A DNA stretch of 64,000 nt. It comes from Marsupella aquatica. Its lineage: Eukaryota > Plantae > Marchantiophyta. Location of the stretch: NCBI GenBank assembly GCA_973895155.1, contig OZ316893.1:5594171-5658170 (forward strand), read 5' to 3'. This document shows, piece after piece, positions 59,271 to 64,000 of the stretch (the stretch's first letter is position 1; the number at the start of each line of letters is the position of its first letter). Made by a program: the position numbers and the translations under genes. The notes under the pieces are model-generated. The model ran no database searches. It saw only the letters and a list, made by a program, of their open reading frames with translations, and was not told the origin of the DNA.

Positions 59271-60447
59271 TGTCACACACATGCAGGCTACCTTTGAGTG
59301 TGACCTTTTGCTCAACACCTAATAGTCGTATGACCCTTAAAGTGGGTATGCGCTGACCACGTTGTAATCAAGGACTATGGAAAGTGACTACCATGGTGGG
59401 GACAAACATCAAGCTGGTGATCACCAAGGGTAGCAAGGGAGTCCTCGCAAGTCCCTTTTCGAAAGCACTAAGGGGACTACAGTAGGGGGTTGTTTCCTTG
59501 CAGGGCCCATCGAGTCTTTTGTTGGTCAAGAAACGCATGCTGCATAACGGGGCCACTTTGTACCCAACGACTCTAAATAAGGGGGCCACCCTTCACACAA
59601 AGGCTCGAACTCCAATGCACTCATACTATGAATTTGACTGAGTCTACTCATTACCCAAAGTCTTCTGTCGCATGCCCCAAGCTGGGTCACAACAACAAGA
59701 GCCCCGTCGAAAACAACAGAAGCCCGGTCGAAATCCATCATGCAGAATCTTCCTTTTGAGCCATTGCCTGTCCCCCATTCTACTTCGCGACTTTTTGGGG
59801 CGAACACCCGCGTAAATAATTGACCCTCAAATCCAAAGATTCTGAATTGACCAGGAGCAACGAAATCTATGCTACTCGCAGCTGAATGGAGCCGACCGGC
59901 CCAGTTCAGTGCTGCTCTCGGGAGTAGAGCTGAGCATCTTCATCTGAGGAAGCTTGGCTTACGTGATGGAGACGGATTCCTCAGTCTGATCCTTCCTGTG
60001 GCATTGTCAAATAAATACTCCAAAGTATGTAATAGGGATGTAATAGGGATGTACTTGGACATATTACATACCAAGCCCACTATTCCGCTGGCGTCCGATT
60101 TGACTTGGCAATTGAAATGGTCTTCGATCGCTTAGGTTTTACGTACAGGGCATCCTCGAGTGCCATTGCGATTCCCATCTACTCACCACTTGTATGGTCT
60201 TCTGGGCCTGCTGTATAAGAGGTGAGCCGACTTTGAGATTCGATATATTACACACTGAGCTGTAAGTTTCTTCAACTCCATCCGTGAGTCAGTGCTTTTG
60301 GGAGTTCTATGCTTGACAGACTTGTGCTACTCGTCGAGACAAGATCATTGGAGTGAGAGCAGCCGTCTGGGCGTTCGGTCGAAGTGAGAGCTGGACGTTG
60401 TCAAATTGTGGAAGTTGAATTCTATATCTAATTAGCTGAAGGTCAAC

Positions 60448-61986
60448 ATGGAGGAGCCAAACATTGAGCCAGCAGCTAGTTCTGGCTTCACTCAAATATT
60501 CACTGCCGTATGGATCGCTCCTGTCGTTCTACTGTTGGTTTCCGTGGTTGCGTATTTCGTAATTGGATCCAAGGGCCCCAAGAATCTGCCTCCCATGCCG
60601 AAGGGTCTGCCAATCGTTGGAACTATGTTACAGACCAGGGGCCCCAAAACCCATCGGATTCTGATCGATATTGCTAAGGAGTATGGATCCCTGTTTGCCC
60701 TGAAAACCGGCTTGAAGTATTTCATCGTGGTAACATCGTCCGACATTGCGCATGAGGCGTTGATTAAGACTCAGGCGTTTTCATCTCGCCCTAGGCTCCT
60801 GTCGAGGTTGAATTTCACCGGTTGGCGGAGTGTGAACTCGGCGCTCTACGGCCCTTACTGGCGTGACATCCGCAAGAATTTGGTGACTCAAGTGCTATCC
60901 ACCTCCAGAGTGGCCTCCTTCCAACCTTTCCGAGAGATGGAGCTGAACAACTTGATTGAGAGGGTGAGGGATCAGGCTCAGAAGAACGACAATGTGGTGC
61001 CTGTGCTCTCCAATTGCCGCCATACCGTGTTCGCTATTCTTCTCCACGTGTGCTTTGGCAAGAAGTTCGAGGCATCCGTCATCGAGCAGCTCGATGTCAT
61101 CCTGCGGAGGCTTCTCATCATCCTCGCTCCTCAGGTGATCGACTTCCTGCCATTCCTCCAGATGTTCTCGAAAAAGCACAAGAGCGAGTGCCAGGAGCTG
61201 CTCGGGCGCATGAGGAACCTCTTTGCTCCTCTCATCGAGGAGCATCGCAAGCTCCGAGCCATTGGGAAGCCCGCTGGTGATTACGTCGACTCGCTCATTG
61301 TTTTGCAGAAGCAGATGGATCTGAAAGAGACGGACATTCTTGGCCTAATCGGAGAAGTGCTGACGGGAGGCACTGATACCACTGCCGACACTCTGGAGTG
61401 GACCATGGGAAATCTTATCCAGCACCCGGAGATCCAAGCCAGGATGTACGACGAAATCAAGAGCGTCATCCCTGATGGCAGGCCTGTAAGCGAAACAGAT
61501 GTGGAGAAGATGCCCTTCTTACAAGCGGTTGTGAAAGAAAGTCTAAGGAAGCACCCACCTCTTCCATTCGGCATCACTCACGGAGTCACTGAAAAGACAA
61601 AGCTGAGAGGCTATGACATCCCTGCCGACGCCTTGGTGCTCTTCCACATCCAGGCAATGCAAAACGACCCCGAGCGATGGGATCACCCGGAAAAATTCAA
61701 CCCTGATCGGTTTTTTTCCGCCACCCCGAATCCAGACCACGACATGACAGGATCTCATGGCCCTCGCAGTCTGGACTTCATCCCATTCGGAGCCGGCCGG
61801 CGAATCTGCCCGGCCATGAACTTGGGATTAAAGCATGTCCATCTCATACTTGCACGACTAATCCAAACTTTCGAATGGAGCAATGTGAAACCTGGTGAGG
61901 ATGTAGATTTCTCTGAGCAATTGGAGTTCACCGTCGTCATGAGCAATCCGCTATATGCACGCGTTCAGGAACGTTCTACGCAATAG
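60448..61986 (+). CDS. Cytochrome P450, CYP77/CYP89-like paralogue, intronless
   Basis: Same motifs as 46713-48275 (GGTDTT, ESLR, PDRF, PFGAGRRICPA) with long identical peptide stretches; TATA-like TATAAGAG near 60214. Confidence 0.96.
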   Translation: MEEPNIEPAASSGFTQIFTAVWIAPVVLLLVSVVAYFVIGSKGPKNLPPMPKGLPIVGTMLQTRGPKTHRILIDIAKEYGSLFALKTGLKYFIVVTSSDIAHEALIKTQAFSSRPRLLSRLNFTGWRSVNSALYGPYWRDIRKNLVTQVLSTSRVASFQPFREMELNNLIERVRDQAQKNDNVVPVLSNCRHTVFAILLHVCFGKKFEASVIEQLDVILRRLLIILAPQVIDFLPFLQMFSKKHKSECQELLGRMRNLFAPLIEEHRKLRAIGKPAGDYVDSLIVLQKQMDLKETDILGLIGEVLTGGTDTTADTLEWTMGNLIQHPEIQARMYDEIKSVIPDGRPVSETDVEKMPFLQAVVKESLRKHPPLPFGITHGVTEKTKLRGYDIPADALVLFHIQAMQNDPERWDHPEKFNPDRFFSATPNPDHDMTGSHGPRSLDFIPFGAGRRICPAMNLGLKHVHLILARLIQTFEWSNVKPGEDVDFSEQLEFTVVMSNPLYARVQERSTQ

Positions 61987-63059
61987 AATTGGTCTATTGC
62001 GACTTGCGACGGCTAATATCTTGCAAAAGAGCTCCCGAATACACGAGAGCCTACAGACTGGCTGAAGACGATAATGAGCCTTGACCATTGTTTCTCTCCA
62101 ATCAGGCGTTAAAGTACCAGTGAATTCACCGGAGATCAATATTTTTGGACGGTGGATGCAGTGCGATCGCTGTAGCAATGGTCGACTTAATAGCACATTC
62201 TTATGACTTCTTCTTTGAGATGGGATAATGGTGTTTCCACAAGCGAGAGATCGGAGTGATCCAATTTTTCAAGGGCACTCGAAACTGGTCACTATCTCTG
62301 CTCAGAATGGGCGAAGAGATTGTATGTCCTGTGGAATTCGCAAAGCATGCAGTGTGTGTTCATAGTTGTAACTAATTTCTTGCTCCCTTTAGCTTACGTT
62401 GACGCGTTATCCGTCCTAATAACAAATTTTAGTATGGGGTAATGGGATAGCACGAGTCAGGTCGCCTCCGGAGCCGACAATTTTTTTCCACCCCAGCGCC
62501 TACTGTAGGACAAGGTGCTCTGTTGTATGAATTTCACACTAAGTTTCACCAATTGTAGAGTTTTCATTCATAGTGTATTTCATCTCCCGACCCAATCGCT
62601 GTGAAATATCTTTCCTTCAGAATCAATTAGTCATGTTGTCAATATAGTTCCGATCTATGTTCGAGTTGACCATTGATTGGCGGCCCACCAAAGTTTCTCG
62701 CACACCATTCTGAAGACGTTGTTCAAGAAAATGAGTTAAGAGTCTTAGAGAGCTCCCTCCCGTAGGCTGCGACTGTAGTGTCGAGTAGTATTCTCCGAAC
62801 GGGCGGTCAATTTTTAACACTGTTACTGTAGAAGAAATACTGTGAACTGTTTTCTGTCTGTGGACTGTTTTGTAGCTGTCTAGCTGAGGTTGTGCTCAAT
62901 TTTTTTGAATCGAATGCACAGAAGTCCCGACAGAAGTATGACTAAGCTAGACATCAAAACACCTCGCACGAAAGACAAGGCTAACTTGTTGGCACGAATT
63001 TTCATTTTCACTAGCGATTGGGTTGACAGGAAGTATCACTCGCCCGTTCTCTACGGCTG

Positions 63060-63178
63060 TCGGTATGACAAAGTCCTCTGCAGACCTACTAAGCTGGCTT
63101 TCGGTATGACGAAGTCCTATGCAGACCTACTAAGCAGGCTTTCGGTATGACGAAGTCCTCTGCAGACCTACTAAGCAC
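63060..63178. repeat. 42-bp tandem repeat (~3 copies)
   Basis: CGGTATGAC.AAGTCCT.TGCAGACCTACTAAGC repeated. Confidence 0.85.
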
Positions 63179-64000
63179 TGGGAAGGACAGTTGAAGGAGG
63201 CCAGACGAGACATGCATATTTCGGGACTCATTACATTGGGGTCGCCGGGAGCAGAGAGATCAACTCCTGGCCAGAGCGATTACACGAGTGATAGAAAGAA
63301 GTTTGCAAAGATGACCGATTGTACTGGAAGGTTATGAACTATAGAATCTGTTGAATCAAAAGAACATCGAGAGCTCAGAGAGATTCCTTCTCTATGAAAA
63401 AGAACGGGAGAAAGTAGAGCTCGTATCAATAATTCTTGTGAACAACACAATTGCGTGTTCATCTCATAAAGCGAGCCGAACAAAATCTGAACTTGTAAAG
63501 AGATGTGTTTTAAGTTCAATTCAACGCAAAATCTGAACTTGTTAAGAGATGTGTTTTAAGCTCAATTTAACGAACCTCAAGGACGCGGGACTCTAAGTTA
63601 CACCACGTGGCAATTTACATTGTTCATCTATCTAGACGAAGGCAAATCAAAAGCTACTCACTAGGCCTCCAGTCATGTGTAGGGTCCGTGGCTCACCGTA
63701 ACTCTTACTAAGGGCAGTATTCCATCAGCGGGTCCTCACCCTCAAACACTCTGGCCAGCTTTTGTGTTTGAGGGTGAACTCAAAGGTCCTTCAATTCCAT
63801 TAGACCCTTTTCTGACACATTTTGAGTTCACAAGACCGAAGGCAGACAGACAACAAGTAATGGTGAACCGGGACACTAAATGGGCACGAAATGGAGATGT
63901 TATGGCAGAGTGGAAAAAATTACCAACAGGGAACGATTACAAGTAGCGGGAGCGATTCTTGCAGAACCTAGAGAACCTAGAGAGTAGTTTTGAATTGATG

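Overview
Eukaryotic, transposon-dense DNA from a land plant, probably a non-seed plant such as a liverwort or other bryophyte (inferred from the mix of TE lineages and intronless CYP77-like genes). 1-9.2 kb: 3' part of an apparently intact non-chromovirus Ty3/Gypsy LTR retrotransposon. Its gag-protease and RT-RNaseH-integrase frames are separated by one TGA in a CAA-TTA readthrough context, followed by an 857-aa accessory ORF, a second retropepsin-like ORF and a 3' LTR. It is inserted into a very large (>=24 kb, left end outside the window) decayed cargo-carrying DNA transposon (~9.2-33 kb). That element has a Sola-like DDD/E transposase on the + strand. On the - strand it has a spliced multidomain gene (ParB/Srx-like, possible degenerate N4/N6-methyltransferase fold, coiled coil, Ulp1 SUMO protease, FCP1/NIF-like HAD phosphatase), three F-box-like genes and a small Cys-rich gene. 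Its introns and intergenic DNA are studded with an ACGC-N8-GCGT palindrome that also forms a tandem array. The transposase is broken by two related MITEs (8-bp TSDs) and by a second, internally deleted Gypsy element (CCATG TSD) whose ~4.1-kb LTR contains a 798-aa ORF homologous to the first element's accessory ORF. 33-64 kb: four copies of a CRE-like RLE non-LTR retrotransposon, three Copia-type solo LTRs with TSDs, small repeats, and two intact paralogous CYP77-like P450 genes, the only clear host genes. All family assignments are by eye from motifs; no searches were run.
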